From: Octopus sinensis
Lineage: Eukaryota
Direction: 5' to 3'
Length of the DNA stretch: 64,000 nucleotides
Assembly (NCBI RefSeq): GCF_006345805.1
Contig: NC_043003.1
Location: 61,690,001 to 61,754,000, forward strand
Shown here: piece by piece, positions 1 to 13,076 of the stretch
Layout: each line of letters begins with the position of its first letter
How positions within the stretch are numbered: the first letter of the stretch is position 1
Translations under genes and position numbers: made by a program
Notes under the pieces: model-generated
The model's input: the letters and a program-made list of their open reading frames with translations, nothing else
Databases searched by the model: none
What the model was told of the DNA's origin: nothing

Positions 1-83
1 AAATGTGCAACAAAAGGCATTCCTGCCATGACTATCTCTTCTTTTATTCAGTGTATATTTAGGACTTAGCAATGCAGTAAGGT

Positions 84-370
84 AGAGGCACATGGCCTAG
101 TGGTTAGAGTAGCGGACTCGCAGTCGAGGGATCGTGGGTTCGAATCTCAGACTGGGCGATGTGTGTGTTTATGAGTGAAACACCTAAGTTCCACGCAGCT
201 CTGGCTTCTGCTGACTCTTTCGCCACAACTTTCTCTCGCTCTTTCCTCCTGCATCTTGCATCTCACCTGCGATGGACTGGCGTCCCGTCCAGGTGGGGAG
301 TCTATACGCCAAGGAAACCGGAACCTGGCCCTTATGAGCCAGATGTGGCTCGAGAGGTAACGAACAACAA
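84..370 (+). mobile_element. tRNA-Arg-like SINE with V-domain-like segment and (AAC)n tail
   Basis: Head ggcacatggcctagtggttagagtagcggactcgcagtc..gggttcgaatc has A/B boxes and a TCG anticodon position; cctgcgatggactggcgtcccgtccagg resembles the V-SINE domain; ends aacgaacaacaac. Confidence 0.75.
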
Positions 371-611
371 CATAGTAAAGATCCTCAACCCAGGGATGAG
401 AGCAGAGATATTTTTGGTGCCCCACTTTAATTAACAAGTACGATAAGCTATAGAAAAATGTGCACCCTATGCACCTACACTTAGAGGTACCCTGCTTTCC
501 ACTGACAACTCTTTTGTTACAACTCAATGGACTGCATTATCCAGTGGAAATTTAAATGAAAATGAGATTTCAAAATGAGTTGAAAATATTTATATCTGAA
601 TAAAATACAGT

Positions 612-1010
612 CAATTGCTAGTGGTAAGAAGTTTGCTTCTCAACATATAGTCTCAGGTTCAGTCCTACTCTGTGGAACCTAGGCAAGACTATAGCCCCAG
701 GCCAATAAAAAAATGTGAGGATTTGGTAGAAGGAAACTAGAAGAAACCCAGTGTGTGTGTGCATGTGTGTGTGTTTTATATATTTGTTACTGTCTCCTTG
801 CCTTGACATTATGTGATAGTTGTAAATGAGAGTCACTGTCATGCAAACAGTATCCTTTGTTTCCAATCTTCCATAAAAACATGTCTGGCCATGGGGTAAT
901 ATTACCTTACTGGAAATAGGTGAGAGCTGGCAACAGAGAGAAAATGTAGAAAATGCACCTCAACTAATTATGTCCAGCCCATGCAAGCACATTAAAATGA
1001 TAAGAAGGAA
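612..1010 (+). mobile_element. Bipartite SINE: tRNA/CORE-like head + GT hinge + RTE-like tail B
   Basis: Head gtggtaagaagtttgct..ggttcagtcc..ggcaag..ctatagcc; tail ccttgacattatgtgatagttgtaaatgag..ccatgcaagca. Confidence 0.7.
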
Positions 1011-1224
1011 TGATAACATTAAAATGATAAGAAGGAAACTTCCATCACTCAAAGTTGACCATGTCCCAGCACATATACACAGAAGCTTAGGCAAGATTTT
1101 TATGAAGACAATGAGCAGTTACTCAGGCATGCAATCTCCCTTTTCCACACCATCCATATTTCTCCAATGGAAAAATTACTTGCATTATTTACATCAGATG
1201 GATATATGTCCTCATCTTATTTGT

Positions 1225-1300
1225 TGTTATCACAACATTTCAGCTGATTTACTCTCCAGCCTTCATCAGGCGTCCTGGTAGAATTTTGAACCCAACCTGA
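1225..1300 (-). ncRNA. Degenerate type I hammerhead ribozyme (Penelope pLTR-like relic)
   Basis: Minus strand ggacgc CTGATGA aggctg gagagtaaat cagct GAAA tgtt gtg; stem II gctg/cagc present, stems I and III damaged. Confidence 0.5.
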
Positions 1301-1339
1301 CTTCATCTTTCATTTTTCTATAAATTTCAACTATATATG

Positions 1340-1545
1340 TGGAGGCGCAATGGCCTAGTGGTTAGGGCAGCGGACTTGCGGTCGGAGGATCGCGGTTTCG
1401 ATTCCCAGACCGGGCGTTGTGTGTGTTTATTGAGCGAAAACACCTAAAAGCTCCATGAGGCTCCGGCAGGAGGTGGTGATCCCTGCTGTACTCTAAAAGG
1501 CGGTGCTCCAGCATGGCCGCGGTCAAATGACTGAAACAAGTACAA
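1340..1545 (+). mobile_element. Chimeric SINE: tRNA-Arg-like head fused to the end of tail A
   Basis: ggaggcgcaatggcctagtggttagggcagcggac.. is followed at ~1495 by aaaaggcggtgctccagcatggccgcggtcaaatgactgaaacaagta. Confidence 0.7.
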
Positions 1546-1587
<42 letters not shown>

Positions 1588-1681
1588 ATGACAATATAAG
1601 TAAAATAAGAGATGGAATGTGTTAGAATTTTATTAAGTACTTTACTCATCATCTATTTATACATTTTGTATCATTTTCCCA

Positions 1682-1720
<39 letters not shown>

Positions 1721-1759
1721 TACACACACATATATATATATACATACACACACACATGA

Positions 1760-1890
1760 CAGGCTTCCACATAGTTTCTGTTGACCAAATTCACTCAAAA
1801 GCCATTGGTTAGCTGTGAGCTATAGTAGAAGACACCTGCCCAATGTGCCATACAGTGGAAATGAACCCAAATCCACATGGTGGAAAGCAA
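1760..1890 (-). mobile_element. SINE head, degenerate
   Basis: ctatagtagaagacacctgcccaatgtgcca..gaaccc..ccacatgg. Confidence 0.65.
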
Positions 1891-2612
1891 GGTTTTTATT
1901 CAATGTTCATGAACTTTTATCCTATATTCATGAAAAGAGCATTACAGCTTTCTATAACATAAGAATGGAAACACACCACCAGCACCACCCAATCTTCATC
2001 GCTAACTTGGATTTTTTTTTCTCCTTTTTCCATGTTGGTATAGACTGGATGAGTTTCCCAGAGTAATATTTTGCAGCCATACGTCCTTTCTGCTACCAAC
2101 CTTCTTAGTTACCTCCTACAGAAAACCGGAACATAGAGAAGCTATTTTAAAACTTGGTCAAAATATATTCAAAACAATTATTGATTCTAATTAAGCAATA
2201 AAGTTAACAAATCTAAGAATATTAACCCTCATAGCACTGATTAAATTTTTGCTAATCATTTGCTGGTGATATAGCATGATAATCATATGCAAATCAATTC
2301 ACGCAACCTTGTTCTATTGGCTAGTAAAAATATAATATGCATTGCTTTCCAAGTTCAGTCCTACTGCATAGCACCTTGAGCAAATATTTTCTACTATAGC
2401 CTCAGGCCAAGCAAACCTTTGTGAGTGAAATTGGTTGATGGAAACAGAAAGAGGCCTGTCACATGTGTGTGTGTGTGTGATATACACACAACAGGAATAT
2501 TGGGTATAAATATCCCTACACATAGTCTTGATATTCAATATTCAAATAATACTGTTGGGGTGTGCAGATTATATCGAACTATCAAGGTGTCTCTATTTAA
2601 GTACCTAATTTA

Positions 2613-2978
2613 ACTGAATCTTATTATATGCCAGTGTTCCTGACTGGCTCCCATGTCATGGCATGTAAAAAGCACCATCCAAACGTGGTCAATAGCAGTG
2701 CCCCCTGACTGGCTCCCGTGCTGGTGGCACATAAAAAGCAGCATCTGCACATGGTCGATGCCAGTGCCCACCAACTTGCTCCCATGCTGGTGAGATGTAA
2801 TAAGCACCCACTACAGTTTTGGAGTGGTTGGTGTTAGGAAGGGCATCTGGCTGTAAAAACACTGCCAGATCAGACTGGAGTCTGGTGCAGCCAACTGGCT
2901 TACCAGTCCTCAGTCAAACCGTCCAACCCATGCTAGCATGGAAAGTGGACGTTAAACGATGATGATGACGATGATGAT
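2613..2978 (+). mobile_element. 5'-truncated RTE 3' UTR copy with diverged VNTR units and (GAT)n tail
   Basis: gttaggaagggcatc..ccaacccatgctagcatggaaagtggacgttaaacgatgatg matches the 3' end of the RTE at 59.5 kb. Confidence 0.85.
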
Positions 2979-3055
2979 ATATACACACATGCACATGCGC
3001 ACACGTGCACACACATATTTATTAATGCAGCAAAATCTTCAGAAACTATTATTTA

Positions 3056-3430
3056 GGCATAGGAGTGGCTGTGTGGTAAGCAGCTTGCTTACGAACAACA
3101 TGGTTCCGGTTTCAGTCCCACTGCATGGCACCTTGGGCAAGTGTCTTCTACTATAGAATCAGGCCAACCAAAGCCTTGTGAGTGGATTTGGTAGACAATA
3201 TATAAATATGTATGTATGTGTATGTATATGTTTGTGTGTCTGTGTTTGTCCCAACATTGCTTGACAACCGATGCTGGTGTGTTTACTTCCCCGTAACTTA
3301 GCAGTTTGGCAAAAGACACCCATAGACTAAGTACTAGACTTACAAAGAATATGTCTTGGGGTCGATTTGCTCGACTAAAGACGGTGCTCCAGCATCGCCA
3401 CAGTCAAACGACTGAAACAAGTAAAAGAGT
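3056..3430 (+). mobile_element. Head+tail A SINE, near full length
   Basis: ggcataggagtggctgtgtggtaag..ccttgggcaagtgtc..TA/TG hinge..ttgacaaccgatgctgg..gactgaaacaagtaaaagag. Confidence 0.9.
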
Positions 3431-3689
3431 GAGTAGTACTTCATGTTTCTGCTTGTTGGACAGTTGTGCTCACACTCTTAGCATGATCACCACTATCCAA
3501 TGAAAGGGAAAGTGAAACTGAAAGTAACAGTTTGTGAAGATTTTGCAGCTTTAATAAAAGCATATTACTCTACCTTCAGTATTTGAGCATTATTTCTTTC
3601 CACTTTGTTTTGCATTTATGTTCTTACTCATGTGTGTATGTGTATGTGTATGTGTGTGTGCGCGTGTGTGTGTGTGTGTATGTGTGTGT

Positions 3690-3910
3690 GTGTCTTCTTG
3701 TCAGTGTTTGTCCCCTACCACAACTTGACAACTAATGTTAGTATGTTTACATCCTTGTAACTTAGTGTTTCTGCAAAAGAGACCAATTGAATAAGTACCA
3801 GGCTTTAAAACAATAAGTATCAGGTGTTGCTTCATTTGACTTAAATTCTTTAAGGTGGTGTCAAAGGATGGCTGCAGTCTTATGACTGAAACAAGTAAAC
3901 GATAAAAGAT
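3690..3910 (+). mobile_element. SINE tail A only, diverged
   Basis: gtttgtccc..cttgacaac..aataagtacc..gactgaaacaagtaa. Confidence 0.7.
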
Positions 3911-3937
3911 ACTATGTCATATATTCTCTTTCTCTTA

Positions 3938-4125
3938 CTCTCTTTTACTTGTTTCAGTCATTTGACTGTGGCCACGCTGGAGCACCACCTTTAGTCGAGC
4001 AAATCGACCCCAGGACTTATTTTTTGTAAGTCTAGTACTAGTCTATCGGCCTCTTTTTTCGAACCACTAAGTTACGGGGACATAAACACACCAGCATCGG
4101 TTGTCAAGCGATGTTGGGGGGACAA

Positions 4126-4170
<45 letters not shown>

Positions 4171-4346
4171 ATATATATTTATGCGACAGGCTTCTTTCAG
4201 TTTCCGTCTACCATATCCACTCACAAGGCTTTGATCGGCCCGAGGCTATAGTAGAAGACACTTGCCCATGGTGCCACACAGTGGGACTTAACCCGGAACC
4301 ATGTGGTTGGTAAACAAGCTACTTAACACACTGCCACTCCTGTGCC
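3938..4346 (-). mobile_element. Head+tail A SINE, full length
   Basis: Reverse complement of the 3056 copy. Confidence 0.9.
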
Positions 4347-4599
4347 ATATGGAGAATTCCAGAGTGCACATGCATAGAACTGAGTAGACTCAGTTCCCAT
4401 GCAGTAAGGGTTAAAATGGAAAGGCATATAATGTCCATTTTTTTTTTACTATGCAACTGCTAATAACTGGTATCCCTCAGTTATTTTCAGAGCAAGTGGC
4501 AATAACAACAGTTATAATGTTCATACTTCTATAAGTATCATCATTATTCTCACCACCACCACCACCCTTTGGACAGTATTGTATTAAGTCCCAGGACTC

Positions 4600-4810
4600 C
4601 TAATACCGGTGAGTAAGTGATCGAGGTTACAATATTCCTCCTGAACAGGACACAGTTGGGTGCAGAGTTATTCATTTACAGCTCAGAGAACTGGAACAAT
4701 GTGAAATGAAGGGCTTTGCTCATAAACACTAAGCATCAGCTGGTCTGGGGATTGAAACCATGACTTTGTGATTGTGAGTGTAACACCCTAACCTCTAAGA
4801 GATGTGCCTT
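4600..4810 (-). mobile_element. Old tRNA-derived SINE, degenerate (second copy at 22990-23160)
   Basis: Minus strand: ttagggtgttacactcac..ggtttcaatccc..tttatgagcaaagcccttcatttcac. Confidence 0.5.
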
Positions 4811-6474
4811 CTCTACGAAAAGTATGAACATCACATAAAGTGTGTTTTTACTTCACATAAAGCAAAGTCAAAGAGACACAACCTGGTACAAGAAAGTAAT
4901 TAATGGATGCAGTTTGTCTGCTGAATTCCTCCACTCAATGCCACTTGACTTCACTAAAGATATGTTTAAGTGAAGCCAGGCTTAACAAAATCAATCTATC
5001 TACGTTATAAGAAAAGTAACAACTTATGATAATAATATGAATCATCTGATATTGGCTTTTGTCATCAACTGTACTTATAGAATTAAAGCAATGACAACAT
5101 ATTACTACTAACAATTCATTGAATAAAATAAGATAAACAGAATAAATTAGATAATTTCATTTCATAATTTCCATGACAATTTTGATTTTGTTTGTTTCTT
5201 ATTTTTTTCATCAACTATTCTGGAACATTTCCAAATTTTACACGTAGAAAGGCTATCATTTAATTATCTTCATTTGCATGTACAAAATTTTTGGCAAATG
5301 CTTCAACAATACAGCCGCCATTGAGAGAAGAAAAAGAAAAACAAAAACTCTGGCCATAAAAGATATCTGTAGTAAATAGGTTCAAATATCAAAATAAAAA
5401 TCAATAAAATCTTAGACTTTAATATTGATCTCATTTAGATAGCTTGTTCAATGTAGGATAAATTCTAATGTGTATTCCAGTCAACAGATTTCAAGAGTGC
5501 ACTCTGCTAAATAAATTTTCTAAAATAATTTAGGGAGATATTTTATCTCAGTGATAAAAACAAAATTAGACAATTGCAGTAATTATTGTTTCTTGAAAAC
5601 TAAATAAAAGTTTAAATATCTTATCTAAATTAGAAATATATTTTCAAGACAAACTAATACCATCAAAACCAATCTGATGGTGGCCACCTAGGTGATACTA
5701 GAAAGTGAAAGTAAAGGGTTAAACGATCCATATTTCAAAATATTTCAAAGATTTTTCAAGTTTAAATAAATCCCTAGCTTTTCAAATCTGCAGTGACATT
5801 GATAAGTTAGAAAGCTTAAGATTATGGCTAACTAATGCTGCAGGCAGTTAATTAGCAGTAACCAAAGGAAACTCGATACAATCAAATTGACGCAGATCTG
5901 AGGATATAAAAGCTAAAGATAGAAATGGATACTAATAGATATTATAAGAAATGACACGTATGAAGCACTTAAGTCAGGTAGCCACTAGTCTATAGTAATA
6001 TCATCAACAATAACTGATTATAGACCTTTATCTAACACAAGAAACCAATACATCAACACTTCATGAAATAAGAGATATCAATAGGTTATTTCCGTATTTA
6101 TTTCAGTTTCATTCACTAAAAGCCTGTGTCATATCAAATTGGAGCGAATCTCTGTTTTCAAGGCACTAACCTGTTTAGATATATCACTCAATTAGCCAAG
6201 TAGCTGCATTAACACAACCACAAGAACCCTCGAGTGTCTTTAATGAAAAATCAAAAATCAACTCTTAGATTTGATAGAACATTAATTATCAAATCACTGC
6301 ACCTAATATAGACAAAATTATAATTTAGCATTTCACTTCAAATAAAATCTATCTGTATTTTTGATCATTGCTTGATTTGACATTCTTCCAGAGTTGATAA
6401 AAGAAAATACTAATCAAGCACTAGGATAATTATAACTGATTTACTCTTCCTACCCTCAAACCTGATGCCTTCTA

Positions 6475-6620
6475 ATCATCATCATCATCATCATCCTCAG
6501 CATCATTTAACAACCACTTTTCCATGTTTGCATGGGTCATACAGAATTTAGTGAGGCAGATTTTTCAATGACCAGATGCTTTTCCACTGGTTTCCAAGCA
6601 AGGTGATATTTCCCCCCATA
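6475..6620 (-). mobile_element. RTE-like tail B fragment with (CAT)n
   Basis: catcatcat..tttaacaaccactttccatgtttgcatggg..gaggcagatttt..ttccaagcaaggtgatattt. Confidence 0.7.
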
Positions 6621-7139
6621 GTTAAAAAAGAAATAGCAAAATGTAATTTGAGGTAGATTTGGCTGCTATATCTAGCAGATTGAGTGGTTACAAAGATGCT
6701 CTCTTATTGGTTCATATGTCATTTATTTCAATGCTTTGCAAAATCCACAAGTTAGTCATGAGGAATTACTGTCTGTTCAGTTAATAATTAACATTTTTTT
6801 TTTTTAGTTATGATTACAAAGTTTGAGGAAGAAGAGACAAGAAATAATTATAACATTGAACAAATTTATTATTCACATCTTAAATATCACGTCTAGAGAA
6901 ATATATTTATGAGCCATTTCTGCAAAGTATCACTGGATATATCAAATACACAGTGATTTGTGTGTGTGTGCATGTGTGTGAAATAATTGATTCATTTTCA
7001 TCATTAGTTGGTGCTTCACACTGCTGTGCAATCATTCTGGGAGTAAACAAATTCTACCATATGCAATGAATACTTTCCCTCTCATTTGCATTCCTGAACA
7101 TGAGTACATATGTGAAAATGTTCATTTATTTTTTTTTTT

Positions 7140-7520
7140 TTACTTGTTTCAGTCATTTGACTGTGGTCATGCTGGAGCACTGCCTTTTAGTCGAGCAAAT
7201 CGACCCCAGGACTTATTCTTTGGAAGCCTAGTACTTATTCTATCGGTCTTTTTTGCCGAACCGCTAAGTTACGGGGACATAAACACACCAGCATCGGTTG
7301 TCAAGCGATGTTGGGGGAACAAACACAGACACATAAACATACACACACACATACATATATACGATGGGCTTCTTTCAGTTTCCATCTACCAAATCCACTC
7401 ACAAGGCTTTGGTCGGCCCGAGGCTATAGTAGAAGACACTTGCCCAAGGTGCCACACAGTGGGACTGAACCCGGAACCACGTGGTTTGTAAGCAAGCTAC
7501 TTACCACACAGCCATTCCTA
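7140..7520 (-). mobile_element. Head+tail A SINE, full length
   Basis: Matches the family consensus. Confidence 0.9.
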
Positions 7521-7533
7521 ATATATATATATA

Positions 7534-8411
7534 CAGGGTGTTTGGGCTTAATTTGATAGTTTGCATAAAAAGAAAAGATAACATAATATAACATCTAAAA
7601 ATGAATAAGAGTATTTTAAAAAATTGAAAAAATATCAACTAGATCATGGTTGGGAGATAACATTTTACACAAAATATATGTCGTCAGTTTCTACCATGGC
7701 CTCAAGACAGTTCTGGAACCAGGAGCATGCGTTCATCACCATGTCCTTGGGAATACCTTCGAACATCTGCTTGATCTTGGTCCCCAGCTCAGCTTTGGTG
7801 ATGCTGGTAGAGTGGTTGGTGTGTTTCTCAACTAATTTCCAATAGCATGAGAATTAGGCCAGAAATTGAGACTGATGAAGTCAGACAAAATTCTCCAACA
7901 ATTGACTTCTGACTCTTTCTGGAGGATATGGCAAGGAGCCAAATCCCGCTGCTACATATATTACCTTTCAGCAGTAACCCGCTGCAGCCAGGGTTTGACC
8001 GCAGTCTCAAGCAACTTCATACAACCATCTGAATCAAACTTAAGGCACTGTTCAAAGATGTGGGGCAGCATGTTGTCACATTCATGCCACTCCACATGTC
8101 CCTTCCTGCTGGATACAGCTTTGTAGTCTCCAATGTAGCTGTCCTTGTTATGACTTAGAGCCTTTACAGTATTCACAGAGCACTGAGTAGCAGTCATAGT
8201 GTCAGCATTTTGATAACAGGTGTAATTACAGATAGGTCTTTTCTGATATTCAGATGGTTTCCAGCCCTCTTTATCAGCTAACATTTTTCTCAACTACAAC
8301 TTTAATCTTTATGCTCTCCAACACCATTGACTGTTCACTAACATGTCAAGCACTTGCTGAAAAAAAAAAAAGGAGATATAAAAAATCATCAGATTTAACC
8401 CAAACACCCAG
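7534..8411 (-). mobile_element. Internally deleted Tc1/mariner-superfamily transposon (maT/DD37D-like) with TIRs and TA TSD
   Basis: TIR cagggtgtttgggcttaatttgat (7534) vs atcagatttaacccaaacacccag (to 8411), 20/24 match, TA on both flanks; minus-strand relics MLPHIFEQCLKFDSDGCMKLLETAVKPWLQRV, RDLAPCH, TKAELGTKIKQMFEGIPKDMVMNACSWFQNCLEAMVE. Confidence 0.85.
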
Positions 8412-8564
8412 TATATTCTGATACCTAAATCTGATTCTTATTACTGTACTGGCTTGTCAGTCTCCCTTGGGTAGTTCTGCTTAAAATCCTACTTTTCTCA
8501 TTTTCTTTTGAAGGATTCTTAGAGTGAAAATTGGATGGAATATAAGGTAAAAAGATTTAATATA

Positions 8565-8958
8565 GGCACAGGAGTGGGTGTGTTGTAAGTAGCTTGCTTA
8601 CCAACCACATGGTTCCAGGTTCAGTTCCACTGCATGGCACCCTGGGCAAGTGTCTTCTACTATAGCCTCAGGCCGACCAGAGCCTTGTGAGTGGATTTGG
8701 TAGACAGAAACTGAAAGAAGACCATCGTATATATGTATATATGTGTGTGTATATGTTTCTGTGTCTGTGTTTGTCCCTCCAACATTGCTTGACAACCGAT
8801 GCTGGTGTGTTTAAGACCTCGTAACTTAGCAGTTTGGCAAAAGAGACTGATAGAATAAGTACTAGGCTTACAAAAAATAAGTCCTGGGATTGATTTGCTC
8901 GACTAAAGGCGGTGCTCCAGCATGGCCTCAGTCAAATGACTGAAACAAGTAAAAGAGT
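8565..8958 (+). mobile_element. Head+tail A SINE, full length
   Basis: Matches the family consensus. Confidence 0.9.
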
Positions 8959-9669
8959 ATATCTAAATGAAATACTACAAATCTGGGGTTTTTTTGTTTA
9001 TTTAATTTTTCTAGAGAGATAATGACAATTGTTTTAACTTCATTGTTCATTTACATCAATATACGATAATGATAACAGACACTGCAATCAGTTGATGAGC
9101 ATATACATTACAAAAAGAGATGACATATTAAAATCAAGGGTAGGGGAGTTTCTATATTAACGAGTATAATAAAACAAAGAAGGTACTCCTTAAGATTACC
9201 TAATCTAAATTTTGAAACAAAAAAGGCAATACCATTTGGAGTGGATCTAATTTTTAAAGCCAGCTTGTAGTTTCCTACTGAAGCAGCATTCATCAGATGT
9301 ATGCAAACTGCTTTTGAATTCCATTTGAAGCTCTTCACCTACCCCACTAATGCTTCTAGGGAAAATATTGTTTCCACACATTTAACTCAATTTGGAAATA
9401 TCTCAATCACCTTACACATAACCTACCAACAGAAGGTAATGAGAATGCACTGAAGAGAATCTTCTTTAGTATAATAGAACAGTAATACTTAAAGACAGTC
9501 AAAAAAAGCTAAATATGTCCTGGGGGATCAATTTGTTCAACTAAAGGTGGTGTTCCAGAATGATTGCAGTCAAATGACTGTAACAAGCAAAAGAATAAAA
9601 GAATAATTGTATAAAAGAATTGTTAAAATATTTTGTTTATGACAAATTTATTGCACATAAACTTCAACA

Positions 9670-9762
9670 AGAAAATTTTATATGAACCCCCAAAATTCAT
9701 ATGGGCTCCCAAAGATGATATGGACCCGCAAAGGTCTTACAGACCCTGGTTGAGAACCACTG
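9670..9762. mobile_element. hAT-type MITE end (same family as 28897-29146)
   Basis: atatggacc..gaccctggttgagaaccactg terminal motif. Confidence 0.55.
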
Positions 9763-12588
9763 CTTTAGAATATATAGAATGTTGTTTCAGAAAAGTATTT
9801 TCCAACCATGTAATTAATTAAAACAAGAATAAGAAACAAAAAGGATTATCTACAATGTTACTTCAAAAGAAATAAAGTTAGTAATTACTCCTATTGAAAA
9901 CCATTCTCATATTATTATTATGTGCAAATATCTAATCATACCAGAGCTTTCTAAAACTAAAAAATCTAAAAAGAATGTGAGAAAAGTCACCAGTCACTAG
10001 TAGACCTTGCTGTCTAGAAGGTGACAGCAAACACAATATTAAATTTATAACAATCAGAAATGGTGTAAAAATGACTTTGAAATATAAAATGTAACAGTGA
10101 TAGCTACAGATCAAAGTAGGCGTTTTTTTCTTTTTTGAAACAGGGCATTGTTTCTTATTCTTTCTAATATTCTCTATTGGTAAGATTCCACAAATAAAAA
10201 TATAAAAATACCTTCATTCTCTATAAATCTTACAAAATCTATTTACTTTTCACAGTCTACATTTATTCTATATATTTGTGTGTGTGTGTGTGTGAGTGCA
10301 TGTTTGTGTGTGTATACACACACACACACACAATACACAGGCACAAACATAGGTATGTATGTATTAGCTCCTTTTTTTTTAATATTCTAAAAAGAATATA
10401 ATCTTAAGATACAACTCTGTTTTATCAGATCTAAATGAAAAATGTTTGTGACAATCTTGGATAAATCTTAGCTTATAAAATAAATAAAGAAAAATAAGCT
10501 TTCTTTTTTTCTTTTCAGAAGAAAAAAAGTATCTGCTTTGAAATAACATATTCATAATGCTTCACTGTATTTGAATCAGGCTTGGCAATAAGATAACATC
10601 TTTGCAAAGAGCAGTGCCTCCAAGAATGTGAGACTTTTGTTTTTTTGTTTTGTTTTGTTTTTTTTTTCTATCAAGTAAAATACAATATTTCAATCTCAAA
10701 TAAATCCTGTCTCTCTATCTACAAGTCCAAGAGAAGATGACTTACTGAAGCAAAATATTTTCATCTTCAGAAGACGTTTGTTGTTTCTTTTCCTCTTTTA
10801 TTTATTTATCTATTTGTTTGTTTGTTTGTTTATTTATTATCAGATTCAGAAAATGATATAGATAAAATCTCAACTAATCCAATTACATCAAAACACAACT
10901 TTTATTCAGCTTCAGTTTCATTATGACCTACCGCAGTTGAAAGTGCATTGAAGTCTCCTGGGACTTAAAGACTATGGCCATATATTTTCCAGTATGACAG
11001 CACGACAATAAATAAATAAACAACAAGTCTCAAATTAACCTTGTGTGTTCAATGCTGCTAGTAATCAATAAACTTTGTCGAGTTACTTCAGGTAGAATAA
11101 ATATTATATAGTATTCGGTATCAGAAAGCATAAAATTAGGGACACAAAGAGCAGAACGAGTTAATTTGAACTGGCAGTTTGCTTTCAGCAATGCTGCAGA
11201 TAATATCTAATTGCAACATATCTGACTTAACAAATTGCTCAGACTAGATTAAAAGGGACATTACGTATTAACAGACACATTTTACTGAATGCAAAGTAGA
11301 ATGAACACATAGAAATAATGCACAAGACCAAACTAAGTATTATTCAAGTGCAGATATTCATGTCTCTTGATTATTCATAAACCTGGTTACACAATGAAAC
11401 ACCAAACTAAATGATAAAGAATTCTGACCATTCCGAACACTAATTTCTGATTATGTGTAACTAACTTGAAGACATTGCGAATCACCATGAGTGTCTGGTT
11501 TTGACACAGTAACACCTTTCTGTTTATCTTACTAAACAGCACAGGTCAGAATCAAAGTTATCGCTTCTGACTTCAACACTTCCAATTTTCCAAGCAGCAA
11601 AGCCTCATTTTAGCAACATCAGATAATGATAGCATAGCCATTATCTCTAACATTGTATTGTAAAAAGCTAAAATAATTTTCTCCTCGAAAGCAATGACAC
11701 ATATTTCTGTTGGCAAAGAAAAAAACAACACAATAAAACTGACAAATAAATGAAAATAATAAATGAAAACAACACAATAAAACTGACTACCAAATGAAAA
11801 TAATCTGTCATAGAAAACTTTATCATTTTAATCATCCTGCAACAAATATTTTTACTTAGTTTAATAAAAAGAAGACAGGTGTTGTGGCAAACAGGATTTT
11901 TTTTTTATTGTAGGGCCTCCAAACTAGCAAAAGGACAATAAAAACCATGATTCATGGGTTACTAAAGTAGAAACTGGTGTATAAAGATATTGAGTTTTCT
12001 TTAGACCAGAGACTTAGTTTGAATATTTACAACAGAGTATATTCTGCAAAATCTATCCAAATTATATTACAATGTAAATGTTTTTACATTTTTACTGTTG
12101 AGAATTAATTAGGAAGTAGTTTTAGTTTCTTTTTTTTAATTCTAAACATTAATCCATATTTTTTTAACTACATCAAATGAGCATTAAAAAGTTTTTTTTT
12201 GTAAGTTCTCTCCATTACAGTAGATGAATAAGAGGCCTGACACAGCCCTCTTTTTATATTTTAGTTTTTAGAGTAGGTACATTGTGTCCTGTGAGTCATA
12301 ACATGTAACCAAAATCAGAATCACAAACAGAAGAGATTGACATAGAGCAAAAAAAAAAAATGATGCATGAAAATTTCCTGTCCAACCCATATCAGCACAG
12401 AGCAGCAGAATAGATGATATACCATGAGGAAGAAAAGAAACCAAATATTTCAGGCAGAAGCCTTCACCATGAAGAAAGAAATGTCAAATGGTGTTGAAGG
12501 ATAAATAAACAGGGGTTAGCAAGAGCAAAGAGGTAAATGACAAGGATATAGCAAAAAGATATATAAACACAGTGTGAGTGTGTGTGTG

Positions 12589-12682
<94 letters not shown>

Positions 12683-13076
12683 CAGAGAGAGAAATAATGA
12701 AATACATATGCACAGACATAGACACAAATAAATACAGAAATAAAAGCTAGTTCAAAAATTCTGAATTTTCTTACAGGTAGAGAGATTACCAAATCTTTAC
12801 AAATTTCATATTGCACTAATCAAATAAAATCCCATCACAATGACAGAAGCAATTTATAAATGATACAAGTTTCTCATACGAACATACACAATAATCTTAG
12901 TCAATTAATCACAGCTTTCTGTCTATCATTATGAAAGAGACTATACCAACCTAATTAGGCAAAAAGAAAAGTCTTAAATTACTGTTGCCATTTTCATAAC
13001 ATTTATTTAACAATTCTTTTCTTTGGTACATTCTGTTTTCATCTTTAGTTACCATTTACTCTGACCAATATTTCAG

